DNA of 64,000 bases, taken from positions 1 to 64,000 of IMG/VR virus record IMGVR_UViG_3300028800_000059. One strand, 5' to 3'. The translations under genes were made by a program, and so were the position numbers. Shown piece by piece: positions 8,646 to 17,339 of the stretch (position 1 is its first letter; each line of letters starts with the position of its first letter). The stretch is from a virus. A model generated the notes under the pieces. That model was not told where the DNA came from. It ran no database searches and was given only the letters and a program-made list of their open reading frames with translations.

Positions 8646-8692
8646 AGTATCGCACAAACGCGGTAAACATCCAACAACTATGTTTTAGTTGT
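8646..8692 (-). promoter_or_regulatory. Early promoter, second copy of the palindrome-bearing family
   Basis: TTGGAT-17-GATACT; GGTAAACAT.CAACAACTATGTTTTAGTTGT shared with 2847-2893. Confidence 0.7.
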
Positions 8693-8709
8693 CTACCTGC
8701 GGCCTTTTG

Positions 8710-8919
8710 CTATCCATAGTAGACTTCCATTATCTTGCCTTTGTTGATGGTTAGGTTTAATCGATCAGGTCTGTAATCCGCCGTAAGCATATAACCAACC
8801 CCATCCCTGGAGACAATACGATATGATTGGAACTTCAAGAATGTTTTAGTCTCCTCCTCAGACGCACCTATCAACGCATTTATATCGCCACAGATAGCAC
8901 TAACTACTACATTATCCAT
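8710..8919 (-). CDS. Peptidase inhibitor I78-like protein
   Basis: RIV...G..LTADYRPDRLNLTI..G.I..V..G motif. Confidence 0.65.
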   Translation of the reverse strand: MDNVVVSAICGDINALIGASEEETKTFLKFQSYRIVSRDGVGYMLTADYRPDRLNLTINKGKIMEVYYG

Positions 8920-9139
8920 GTGCGGCCACTAAGATCGTATAGGAATTGACGACGGCCCAGATAAGAAGCAAGAGCCAAACAAGTTTGATTATGAGGTTCC
9001 CACCACTCTTATTCCAAATGGTGAACATGAACCCGAACCACGCAACAAAGAAAAAAGGCATATAGAAATTCAAGAGAGCCATAATTACCACCTTTTCTGT
9101 TAGAGCATAATCACACTCTATCACAGTCCATACCGACAT
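8912..9139 (-). CDS. Small membrane protein
   Basis: Two hydrophobic helices. Confidence 0.5.
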   Translation of the reverse strand: MSVWTVIECDYALTEKVVIMALLNFYMPFFFVAWFGFMFTIWNKSGGNLIIKLVWLLLLIWAVVNSYTILVAAHG

Positions 9140-9161
9140 TCAACATAAATACATTGACGCC

Positions 9162-9803
9162 ATGGCCTATCAACAAGACAAATACGCTCATTTATATCCA
9201 AGATTGAGTCTCATTCGAAGACTTGAAGTTGGCATGATTGCCTCGGGTATTCCTTATCACACTCAGAGAGCCCGGCGCTGGTTGGCAGGGAAAATTCAAG
9301 AAATAGGCGGGCGGATGAATGTTCCGCAATTCATTGCCCAGCAGACCGCCGACAAAAAGATTGCCTCTCAGGCCATCCAAGGCAAATTGATCTTCTTTTA
9401 TTATGACGCCAAGACCAAGGCCAAGCTTCCGTTCTGGGATAAGTTCCCTTTGGTGCTTCCGATTGAAAAATATCCAGATGGGTTTCTCGGACTTAACTTC
9501 CATTACCTTCCGATGAAATATCGCGCCAAGCTTTTGGACGCCTTGCTTACCAATTTGAACAACGCAAAAATGGATGATTCAACTAAATTCAGAGTCAATT
9601 ATAATCTTTTAAAAAACACGGCAAAATATTGGATGTTTAAACCAACTTTGAAACGATATTTGACGGCTCATATTCGATCTAAAATTATAACTGTAACACC
9701 AGATCAATGGGAAATAGCAATTTTCCTTCCAGCAGAAAGATTTCAGAAAAAATCAAAGGATGAAGTTTGGAAAGATTCTATAAATACCTTGGAACATAAT
9801 TAA
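9162..9803 (+). CDS. gp2: DNA end protector protein, T4 gp2-like
   Basis: FYYDAKTK.KLPFWDKFPLV...GFLGLNFHYLP...R..LLD...LKRYL..HIRS motif. Confidence 0.9.
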   Translation: MAYQQDKYAHLYPRLSLIRRLEVGMIASGIPYHTQRARRWLAGKIQEIGGRMNVPQFIAQQTADKKIASQAIQGKLIFFYYDAKTKAKLPFWDKFPLVLPIEKYPDGFLGLNFHYLPMKYRAKLLDALLTNLNNAKMDDSTKFRVNYNLLKNTAKYWMFKPTLKRYLTAHIRSKIITVTPDQWEIAIFLPAERFQKKSKDEVWKDSINTLEHN

Positions 9804-10318
9804 TGAATACCATATATCGAGCCTATCTTATAGACGATCCAAATAAAGGATATTGTGGCCAAGATTCAAACTGGCCCTCTAGAAAACGCGCCCATTTAAA
9901 TGCCGATGATAATTTTCTTTTTACTAGGGCATTAAAAAAATATGGGGCCGGCGCCTTCGCTTGGGAAATTCTTTATCAAGATGAAGATAAGGACTGGACC
10001 CTTAATGTTATGGAGGAATATTATATTAGAAAATATAAAACTCACATGAGTCATGGTGGATATAATATGACTTGGGGCGGGGAAGGAGCCTTTGGAAGAA
10101 TTGTATTATCAGAAACACGAAATAAAATCAGTAAAGGATTGTTTGGTCATAAGCGATCAGAAGAAACTAAAAAAAGAGTCAGTGTTGCTAAACAAAACCC
10201 ATCTACTTCAACACGCGAAAAAATGCGTTTGGCTAAATTAGGAAAATCTAGAGATAAAAAAACTAGAGAAAAATTAAGCGAATCGCATTGTAAACGCCAT
10301 CAATATTGGGGCGCTTAA
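9803..10318 (+). CDS. GIY-YIG homing endonuclease with NUMOD3 repeats
   Basis: IY..Y.GQ, ALKKYG..AF.WEIL, GYNMT.GGEG, SEETK repeats; TATAAATA at 9779-9786. Confidence 0.8.
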   Translation: MNTIYRAYLIDDPNKGYCGQDSNWPSRKRAHLNADDNFLFTRALKKYGAGAFAWEILYQDEDKDWTLNVMEEYYIRKYKTHMSHGGYNMTWGGEGAFGRIVLSETRNKISKGLFGHKRSEETKKRVSVAKQNPSTSTREKMRLAKLGKSRDKKTREKLSESHCKRHQYWGA

Positions 10319-10321
10319 TAA

Positions 10322-11113
10322 ATGGCAATGGGTGTTCCTTCTATCGATGAATTTAGATCGAATCTTATTGCCCTGGGTGGACCATCAAAGAGCAATCGAT
10401 TCTTGGTGCAGATAGGTCAACCCGGTTCGACTTCTGGGCTGACAAACATTGGCATGGGAAATCCACTGACCAACCTATTTAATCAATTGACGGCCGTGTT
10501 GCTTCCGGGACTCGTTGGAAACTCTCCTGGTCTTCTTTTACAATGTGAGTCTACGGAAATTCCAGGCGTGACGTTGAATACCAATGATGTGAAGATTTAT
10601 GGTCCTTCGTCCAAGTTTCCTTTTCAGAGAACCTACAATGATTGGACGGCTAATTTTATCGTAACCAATTCATTTTCGGAACGCCTTTTCTTCGATACGT
10701 GGATGGACCAAATCAATCCAGTGGAAACTTTTGACTGGGCCTATAAAGACGATTACACGACCACGATTTGTGTTTATCAATTTGATGAAGGTGGATCGAT
10801 TGGAAACGGACCAGGCGCAGTAGCCGGAGGCTTTCTAGAATTTGCTTTGGGTCAACCGAACAATTCATTCATATCAACGCCAAGTCAATTAATTTATCAG
10901 GTAGATATTTTAGAGGCCTTTCCAATAGCCGTTAATTCAATGCCTGTTAGCTGGGCCGACGAAAACTTTCATCGCCTATCGGTTACGTTTGCCTATCGTT
11001 ATTGGGACAATCCAAATTCAGGTCCGGCACTAGGTTCTAGTCCCACCAATGTATTATCTTCACTCGGAATACCTTCACCTACTCCCGGAAGCTTTTCATC
11101 TTCTGGGTCTTAA
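10322..11113 (+). CDS. gp54: Baseplate tail-tube initiator, T4 gp54-like
   Basis: SNRFLVQI, CESTEIPG, FFDTWMDQI, EAFPIAVN, LSVTFAYRYW tube-fold motifs. Confidence 0.75.
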   Translation: MAMGVPSIDEFRSNLIALGGPSKSNRFLVQIGQPGSTSGLTNIGMGNPLTNLFNQLTAVLLPGLVGNSPGLLLQCESTEIPGVTLNTNDVKIYGPSSKFPFQRTYNDWTANFIVTNSFSERLFFDTWMDQINPVETFDWAYKDDYTTTICVYQFDEGGSIGNGPGAVAGGFLEFALGQPNNSFISTPSQLIYQVDILEAFPIAVNSMPVSWADENFHRLSVTFAYRYWDNPNSGPALGSSPTNVLSSLGIPSPTPGSFSSSGS

Positions 11114-11134
11114 TCTTTTATGGAGAATTTATAA

Positions 11135-11881
11135 ATGACTTTACCATTACCTACAATTGACGTTCCTACGTATGAACTAGAACTCCCTTCAAATGGGAAG
11201 AAAATCAAATTCCGTCCTTTTCTCACAAAAGAGGAAAAGATACTGCTTATGGCATTAGAATCTAAAGAGGAATCGGACATGATTTCGGCAGTTCGGCAAA
11301 TCGTGCAAAACTGCATTATTTCGGCATATCCAGGATTTGATGTGAGTGATCTACCTTGGTTCGATTTGGAATATTTCTTTCTGAATCTTAGAGCGCGATC
11401 CATGGGCGAAAAGGTCGAGCCTAAATTTCAATGTAATAGTTTGGATGCCGCAGGAAATGTTTGTGGCAATATCATTACGACAGAAATTGATTTGTTGGCA
11501 GTGAAGGTAGAAAAAGTGCCAGAACATTCCACCAAAATTCTTTTGGCGGGTAATGTTGGCGTGAAAATGAAATATCCTAATTTTGATTCGATTGCTGCCT
11601 TGCGTCAGTTCAAAGAAGGCAATGCCACCGAAGCTACCGAAGATATGATTATTGACCACATCGATTACATTTATATGGGAGACACTGTTTTCCCAGTCAA
11701 AGAACAAAGCCGCGATGATTTAAAGGAGTGGTTGGAGAAATTAACTCAAACCCAGTTCGATAAAATTTCAAACTTCTTTACTGAAATGCCTAAGGTAAAA
11801 ATCAAGAAGGAAGTTAAATGTTCCAAGTGTGGTTTCGATCATGTAATTCCATTTGAGGGAATCGCAAGTTTTTTCGGATAA
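11135..11881 (+). CDS. gp26: Baseplate hub assembly protein, T4 gp26-like
   Basis: LPTIDVPTYELELPSNGKKIKFRPFL.KEEKILLMA, D.EY.FL.LRARS.GE, C.KCG...EG...FF. Confidence 0.9.
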   Translation: MTLPLPTIDVPTYELELPSNGKKIKFRPFLTKEEKILLMALESKEESDMISAVRQIVQNCIISAYPGFDVSDLPWFDLEYFFLNLRARSMGEKVEPKFQCNSLDAAGNVCGNIITTEIDLLAVKVEKVPEHSTKILLAGNVGVKMKYPNFDSIAALRQFKEGNATEATEDMIIDHIDYIYMGDTVFPVKEQSRDDLKEWLEKLTQTQFDKISNFFTEMPKVKIKKEVKCSKCGFDHVIPFEGIASFFG

Positions 11882-11904
11882 CCCTAGGCCACGAAAGCCT
11901 AGGG
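11869..11904 (+). promoter_or_regulatory. Predicted -1 programmed ribosomal frameshift signal
   Basis: Slippery T TTT TTC (11869-11875), 6-nt spacer, perfect 8-bp stem CCCTAGGC/GCCTAGGG; the -1 frame opens into gp51. Confidence 0.7.
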
Positions 11905-11931
11905 AATTACTATAAGACAAACTTTTCGTTA

Positions 11932-12075
11932 ATGTATCATCATAAATGGTCTTTGACAGAATTGGAAAATATGGTGCCGTGGGAACGGGATGTTTATATT
12001 GCACTGTTGATACAAAAAATAGAGGAAGAGACTAAACGAATGAAAGAACAAATTGCTGCTAAAGGAAAAGGATAA
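11932..12075 (+). CDS. gp51: Baseplate hub assembly catalyst, T4 gp51-like (homology extends upstream of this ATG)
   Basis: GHESLGNYYKTNFSLMYHHKWSLTELENMVPWERDVYIALL; missed by the ORF track. Confidence 0.8.
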   Translation: MYHHKWSLTELENMVPWERDVYIALLIQKIEEETKRMKEQIAAKGKG

Positions 12076-12081
12076 TAAATC

Positions 12082-14031
12082 GTGGCTTCACTTGCTTCAA
12101 TGATGACGGAAATATTGGCCGAAGAAGGCGACGTTAGTACCGGCGGCGCCTTGAAGCGAGCCATTGGCCAAAAAATGCGAAACTTCCGTAAAAGCATGGA
12201 AATGCAAAACATAGTTCACTCCATGACTGGCTCGGACCTTTTAGGAGTCATGACGGCCCGGGCGCTTGGGCGAGGTCCTCAGTCCATGCGACGTATGAGA
12301 TTTGGCCGTGACGAATGGGGCAATCCAATTAAATCAAGTTCGGCTGGCGGGAGAAAAGATGCCTTGAGTCCTAACAGCGATTATTATGATGTTCAAAGCA
12401 CCAGAGGCGGGGCCGCAAGAGGCGGGGCGCCGGATACCCCAACAAACAAAATTCTAAGACGAATTTATTCCGAAGTTCAACACACAAACATTCTTCAAAA
12501 GGCACAGCTTGGAGAAATGATGAAGGCGGATTATTTTGATTCGCTTACAAGAGAACACGATAAAGTAACTGAGGAAAATCAACAAGACCAAACACAAAAA
12601 TTTGATGATCTAATTCGTATCTTGGAACGAGGTCATGGTGGTGGTCAAGGTCATGGTGCCGGCATCGATGATATTCTTAAAGGATATCATCCAGGCACCG
12701 GCGGGGTATTGGGCAATCTGGCAACCGGCGCAGAAATAATGGCCGGGGCGGAAGCTGGTGGATGGATTTTAGGTGGATTAGGATTGATATTTCCTGCGTT
12801 AGGCTTCTTGGCAAGTTGGGGTATTCCCATCGCCGCCGCTGGTGATTTGATGTATCACTTTTTCGAAGATTACAGCAAGACCAAAGATGCCAAAAAATCT
12901 TGGACAAATGCATTACGAGGAACTACAACCGATATTCTCAAGGTTCTAGGATTTAGTCCTAAAACAATAAATGATAAATTGAATTACGGTGATATGGCAG
13001 CCAAGTATAATATGCCAAATCCAGACAAGGCCTATGGTGATGTGTATACAAATGGAATAACATACAAGAGTGCGGCAGAACGCGCCAAGGCTGTTGATGA
13101 TTTGAAAAAGAAATATCAACATGATTTGGATGTTGTAGATTCCATGACACCGGCAGAAAGAAATCCCTCTGTCACGAGAGGTATTAATCCTCAAATATAT
13201 CGCGCCGGCAAATCACCAGGACAATCAATTCCAACTCCTCCTGGTGTTACTACATTACCAGGATATGGAACACCCGGAACTTATCCGCCACCAGGATCAA
13301 ACATTGATTCATTAAATTTACAGCGGCTTCCTGCCGCTGGGAGTGCCCCACCAAAATCAACTGTAACACCATTAAGTGGAAATACAGACATTCCTCCAGA
13401 AGGCAAGGCTCTATTAAATAGTATTGCTGTTGGTGAATCTAAAGGTGCTTATGACGTTATCGTGGGTGGTACTAAATTTAACTCTTATGCCGAACATCCG
13501 GGCATTATTGATCCTGCGTTATACAAAAAAACTGGATTCAATTCCGATGCGGCTGGAAAATATCAGTTTCTTTCGACAACATGGAAATGGATTAAAGATA
13601 GATTGAAGTTAGCAGATTTTTCTCCTGAAAATCAAGACAAGGCTGCCTGGTTTCTAGCGCAAAGCGATTATCAAAAAAGAACAGGAAAAAATCTTTTGTC
13701 TTCCTTGAAACAGGGTGACACAATTGGAGTGGCAAATGCTTTATCTCCAACTTGGACTTCTTTGCCTGGAGGAAGTCAACCAAATAGTGCTACAAACGCA
13801 TTTCAAGCAAATTATGCTGCGGCCATTCCAACCGCACCAAATCAATTGGCGGCAGTCTATCATCAATCACAAGCCACTAACGATCAAATCAAAGGAACGC
13901 CGGCGCCGACAGCACCCGTAATTATTTCTAACAAGATCGATCAAAGTCGGAAACAATCAATCACTAATAATATGTCCGGTGGGGCTGATCCTTGGAATCC
14001 AGAAAACACCTCACGTCCTGATTTAGGATAA
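12082..14031 (+). CDS. Tape-measure/baseplate hub protein (gp29 position) with C-terminal lambda-type lysozyme domain
   Basis: Synteny after gp26/gp51; ALLNSIA.GES...Y...AAGKYQFL..TW...DFSPENQD.AA. Confidence 0.7.
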   Translation: MASLASMMTEILAEEGDVSTGGALKRAIGQKMRNFRKSMEMQNIVHSMTGSDLLGVMTARALGRGPQSMRRMRFGRDEWGNPIKSSSAGGRKDALSPNSDYYDVQSTRGGAARGGAPDTPTNKILRRIYSEVQHTNILQKAQLGEMMKADYFDSLTREHDKVTEENQQDQTQKFDDLIRILERGHGGGQGHGAGIDDILKGYHPGTGGVLGNLATGAEIMAGAEAGGWILGGLGLIFPALGFLASWGIPIAAAGDLMYHFFEDYSKTKDAKKSWTNALRGTTTDILKVLGFSPKTINDKLNYGDMAAKYNMPNPDKAYGDVYTNGITYKSAAERAKAVDDLKKKYQHDLDVVDSMTPAERNPSVTRGINPQIYRAGKSPGQSIPTPPGVTTLPGYGTPGTYPPPGSNIDSLNLQRLPAAGSAPPKSTVTPLSGNTDIPPEGKALLNSIAVGESKGAYDVIVGGTKFNSYAEHPGIIDPALYKKTGFNSDAAGKYQFLSTTWKWIKDRLKLADFSPENQDKAAWFLAQSDYQKRTGKNLLSSLKQGDTIGVANALSPTWTSLPGGSQPNSATNAFQANYAAAIPTAPNQLAAVYHQSQATNDQIKGTPAPTAPVIISNKIDQSRKQSITNNMSGGADPWNPENTSRPDLG

Positions 14032-14036
14032 AAAAA

Positions 14037-14058
14037 TCCCCGGAATTTCTTCCGGGGA
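14037..14058 (-). terminator. Intrinsic terminator between converging genes
   Basis: TCCCCGGAA-TTTC-TTCCGGGGA with a T-run on the minus strand. Confidence 0.7.
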
Positions 14059-14078
14059 CTGGGGGCCTACGAATTTCC

Positions 14079-15026
14079 TTATTCTTCGTTTAGACCAGCG
14101 AAGAATGCATCATAGTTGGTATTATCTTCTTTATCAGTAGATTTGGTTGGCTTGGAAGTTTCTTCCAAACGAGAACCATCTTCCGCTTCGGCACTCTTAT
14201 TAACTCGCCGTTGTGTCTCTGTCGTCTTAGGAGCGGCCTGTGGTGTTTCTCCACCAGCAAATCCCATGACACTATCGAAACGAGTCTTTAGTTCATCGTA
14301 GCTTTTAAACTTATCGGCAGCAACAACCTTCAAGAGAGAATATTCCTTCTTCCAAAGTTCCTCTTGTTTGTTTTCATCGCCATCAAACAAAGCCGATGAA
14401 TCTTCAAATTCAGACTTATCATAGTTACGATAACCAGCAACCATTTTCGCCTTCAATTTGAAGTTTGCTCCCTCATTCATATCGAATGGATTAAGTCTTG
14501 TTTCGTCTTCGAATTCAGGATTCATTTTTTCTGAAATCTTGTCCATGATCTTGGCGCCGTAACGGAACTTGAATACCTTTCCTTCGGCACTAGGATTTTT
14601 CGAATCTTCAACTACCAAAATGTTGGACACATAATGCAACCGACGCTTGGACTTCTGTTGAACGAAATCGCGATTGGCTTGGATGCCAGTGGCCCAAAGT
14701 TCACGATTATATTCGGAAACTGGGTCCTTATGTCCTAAAGTTGTGAGAGAATTTTCGATGTACCATTTGCCAGACTTAGGATGTTGAAATCCATGATCCC
14801 AATAACGGACCCAAGGCAGCCCATCTTCACCATCAACGAAAGCCGCTGGCAGAAAACGAATAACGGCATGACCATTGCCAGCCTTATCGACTGAAAGAGT
14901 CCAATATTCTTCCGCGTCGGCATTCTTGCCCTGACCTGAACCTTTTTCGTTCATCTTGGCAAGTTCCTGAGAAAGCTTATCGATGTTGGAGGATTTTTTG
15001 AGTGAATTTAGAGTATATGTAGACAT
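14079..15026 (-). CDS. gp32: Single-stranded DNA-binding protein, T4 gp32
   Basis: W...DKAGNG.AVIRFLPA, WYIENSLTTLG.KDPV.E.N, YVSNILVV.D, NYDKSEF; acidic tail. Confidence 0.95.
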   Translation of the reverse strand: MSTYTLNSLKKSSNIDKLSQELAKMNEKGSGQGKNADAEEYWTLSVDKAGNGHAVIRFLPAAFVDGEDGLPWVRYWDHGFQHPKSGKWYIENSLTTLGHKDPVSEYNRELWATGIQANRDFVQQKSKRRLHYVSNILVVEDSKNPSAEGKVFKFRYGAKIMDKISEKMNPEFEDETRLNPFDMNEGANFKLKAKMVAGYRNYDKSEFEDSSALFDGDENKQEELWKKEYSLLKVVAADKFKSYDELKTRFDSVMGFAGGETPQAAPKTTETQRRVNKSAEAEDGSRLEETSKPTKSTDKEDNTNYDAFFAGLNEE

Positions 15027-15100
15027 TTGTATTTCCTTTCCTATATGGTTGTATATTTTTGTTTATGTAAACGTATAAGTTGTATTGCAGACTGTCAAAT

Positions 15101-15129
15101 ATTATATATCCAACCGGATACATTGTCAA
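15101..15129 (-). promoter_or_regulatory. Consensus sigma70 promoter for gp32
   Basis: TTGACA-17-TATAAT exact. Confidence 0.85.
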
Positions 15130-15722
15130 TAGTTATTTTTATCTATTGCGTCTTTTTCTTCTGAGGTCAGTTCCAGGAATGGAGTCATTCTTTCCATTCT
15201 GAAACGAAATGCCGGCCAGACTAACGTATCGCCGGCATAATATTCTTCGGTAATCCATTTGAAAATTTCACCATTGAAAATTTGATTGGCAATCATCAAT
15301 GTGTCCGGATGAAGTTTTTTAGATTTGGTCAACGCTAATAGAGTATGCGCCCTGTGTCCTAGTGTGCCCATAACTTCTTTCATGTCTTCATTATAATAAT
15401 AGACCCGCGCCTCTTTTCGTTTTGCCCATGCCAAATAAAGATCATGACATTCGTTTGCTAAAAGATCGCCAACCCACGGTGCTTTAGATTGAGTGAAGAA
15501 ATTCACAGCCAAGAAAAATTTATATTCGCCCAGCGTTGGATACTTCTTAGCCAATTTGACATACATATAGTGGCCTGGAGTTTTTTCGTGAGTCTCCAAA
15601 CTCAATTTGAAGCCACCATCATATTTGAAATAATTGTATGTCGAATTTGGTTTGAAATGATTCTTGACGGCCAAATAATTTTTATGGGCTTCGTAGCCAT
15701 CAATTTTTTTTGAATCGTTCAA
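15126..15722 (-). CDS. gp59: Helicase loader, T4 gp59-like
   Basis: GYEA.K.YLAVK.HF...YNYFKY.G; directly upstream of gp32. Confidence 0.85.
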   Translation of the reverse strand: MNDSKKIDGYEAHKNYLAVKNHFKPNSTYNYFKYDGGFKLSLETHEKTPGHYMYVKLAKKYPTLGEYKFFLAVNFFTQSKAPWVGDLLANECHDLYLAWAKRKEARVYYYNEDMKEVMGTLGHRAHTLLALTKSKKLHPDTLMIANQIFNGEIFKWITEEYYAGDTLVWPAFRFRMERMTPFLELTSEEKDAIDKNNY

Positions 15723-15933
15723 TTGAATATGTTCCTATACATTTGTGAATTGGAATTCTAAGAAACTGATAAAGCCGGCCTATCCATCCTATGGCAGCGC
15801 CGCAGTTCTGACAGGCCCATGAGGGATAATTAGGTTTCAAGATTTCCTCCGGATTTAATTCAGGCCACAATTCAGAAAACATCTTATATACGGATTTAAA
15901 TCTTTCGCCGTCATAATCTTCATGATAAGGCAT
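15700..15933 (-). CDS. Hypothetical protein with CxxC
   Basis: ORF track. Confidence 0.5.
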   Translation of the reverse strand: MPYHEDYDGERFKSVYKMFSELWPELNPEEILKPNYPSWACQNCGAAIGWIGRLYQFLRIPIHKCIGTYSIERFKKN

Positions 15934-16116
15934 TTAAGATTCTCCGTCATTTTTATAAGAGCCCATTTTTATGAAGGTGTCTAAACGTTGATGTAATTTC
16001 AAATCGGCTCTGGCATTGGCCGCCTCTTGATATGTATCGTAAATCACATTATCAATAGGGCCTTCGGAAAATGCTATGTAGTAATAGAATTTTTCTTTAA
16101 GTCTATGTCTGCCCAT
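15934..16116 (-). CDS. Hypothetical protein
   Basis: Start reassigned to MGRHRL just after the upstream stop. Confidence 0.5.
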   Translation of the reverse strand: MGRHRLKEKFYYYIAFSEGPIDNVIYDTYQEAANARADLKLHQRLDTFIKMGSYKNDGES

Positions 16117-16117
16117 T

Positions 16118-16324
16118 TTATTGATCCTCACACCAATGTTTTCCACAATCCAAACAATCAATATCAATCCAATAAGAATCGCAACTAGGATCATAATTTC
16201 CAGTATTGGACTTGTATTTTTTATTTTTGTTTTGATGCGGACAAGAATCTTGAATGTCGTTAATTTTTTCTCTTAATTTTTGTATTTTTATCAAAATGTT
16301 TTGAACTTGTTTAATTGCTTTCAT
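16118..16324 (-). CDS. Small zinc-binding hypothetical protein
   Basis: IQDSCPH...NTGNYDPS.DSYW...C.DCGK.W. Confidence 0.55.
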   Translation of the reverse strand: MKAIKQVQNILIKIQKLREKINDIQDSCPHQNKNKKYKSNTGNYDPSCDSYWIDIDCLDCGKHWCEDQ

Positions 16325-16325
16325 T

Positions 16326-16523
16326 TCAATAATCGCTCCCTGGTTGGCCAGTGTCATTGCTATGAGTGCAAATATTTTCGTGCCAAGTTGCCTTCGGACA
16401 ACGTTTGTTTCCACATTCGCGACAGACAATAAACATGCGACCAAAAATTTGATCCATGTCACTCAATTTGGAAAGGTCCTCTTCTTCGCAACGTCGGCAA
16501 CAACGTCTTACGTTTTCAATCAT
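16326..16523 (-). CDS. Cys-rich hypothetical protein
   Basis: C.RC...MFIVC.ECGNKRCPKATWH...CT.SN..GQPGS.Y. Confidence 0.6.
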   Translation of the reverse strand: MIENVRRCCRRCEEEDLSKLSDMDQIFGRMFIVCRECGNKRCPKATWHENICTHSNDTGQPGSDY

Positions 16524-16747
16524 ACTGGCAATTTCCTCTTTTTGGATTTTTTGACCAAATTAAGCGCCTCGGCCTGTTCTAATAATCTCGCCTTCACTGT
16601 TAGGCTTAACAATTTTGCTGCCGTCTCAATTTCAATTTTTTTCTTTTCGGCTAATGTTTGAATAGCTTCCAAATAAGTAAATCGCTCATTGAAAACTAAA
16701 TTTTCTACCGCTTGACTAAAATCCTTGATTTCCTGTTTCGTTGGCAT
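16520..16747 (-). CDS. gp33: Late-transcription coactivator, T4 gp33-like
   Basis: F...VE......TYLEAI......IE.E..AKLLS..VK..L..EAE.LNL. Confidence 0.85.
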   Translation of the reverse strand: MPTKQEIKDFSQAVENLVFNERFTYLEAIQTLAEKKKIEIETAAKLLSLTVKARLLEQAEALNLVKKSKKRKLPV

Positions 16748-17276
16748 TGGCTTCCTTGTAAAATATATGGTTACCCAGAACCAGAGTTTTCACAAGTTTC
16801 ATATGCCAGCGTGGCTTGCATTTCAAAGTATGGTAATAAAGGGCACCGTCTGTTATGTCAATTAATTGATTATAATGTAAATCCACCGCGGAAGCAAGTG
16901 AATAAATTTGATCCCATATGACTTTATTATAGGATTTCTTTAAATCAATATGTGGTCTCTTATGTCCATTGTATACCGAAAAGGCCAATGGTTCATATAC
17001 CACTTCACAGATAGATTTCCCTGATTTAATCGAACGATTTTTGATTACGAATGCCACGGCAAGTTGCCCTGTCATTGGTTGATTGGCCGCCTCTAGAAAA
17101 ATCGTTTTGGTCATACAAGCCAATTGGGCCGCTTCGGCAACAAGTTCTCCACGATCATAGTCATGGATGGTATGTATAGTCATTGGAATGGTAGTTGGTT
17201 GAACAACGGAAAGGCAGAAAAGAATTCCGCTTAAAAGTAAGAGTGACGAATATTTTGTAATGAGAGCATGAAACAT
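16716..17276 (-). CDS. Cell-wall hydrolase, SleB/Hydrolase_2 family
   Basis: CM..TIF.EA..QP..GQ.AVA.VI.NR, GALYYH, LGNHIFYK; N-terminal anchor. Confidence 0.85.
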   Translation of the reverse strand: MFHALITKYSSLLLLSGILFCLSVVQPTTIPMTIHTIHDYDRGELVAEAAQLACMTKTIFLEAANQPMTGQLAVAFVIKNRSIKSGKSICEVVYEPLAFSVYNGHKRPHIDLKKSYNKVIWDQIYSLASAVDLHYNQLIDITDGALYYHTLKCKPRWHMKLVKTLVLGNHIFYKEANANETGNQGF

Positions 17277-17304
17277 ACTTTGATTTCTCCTTGAAAATTA
17301 CGGG

Positions 17305-17334
17305 AAAAGAAAAAGGGCTTGTTTAGAGCCCTTT
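17305..17334 (-). terminator. Intrinsic terminator after tmRNA
   Basis: AAAGGGCT-N7-AGCCCTTT followed by a T-run on the minus strand. Confidence 0.7.
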
Positions 17335-17339
17335 CCCTC

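Noticed and set aside
2847-8692. Repeated 30-bp sequence as a CRISPR repeat
   Set aside because: Only two copies 5.8 kb apart, each aligned with a -35/-10 promoter; no spacer array or cas genes
16117-16194. N-terminal TM helix of ORF 15934-16194
   Set aside because: Out-of-frame overlap with the conserved C-terminus of the upstream zinc-binding gene; the true start is at 16116
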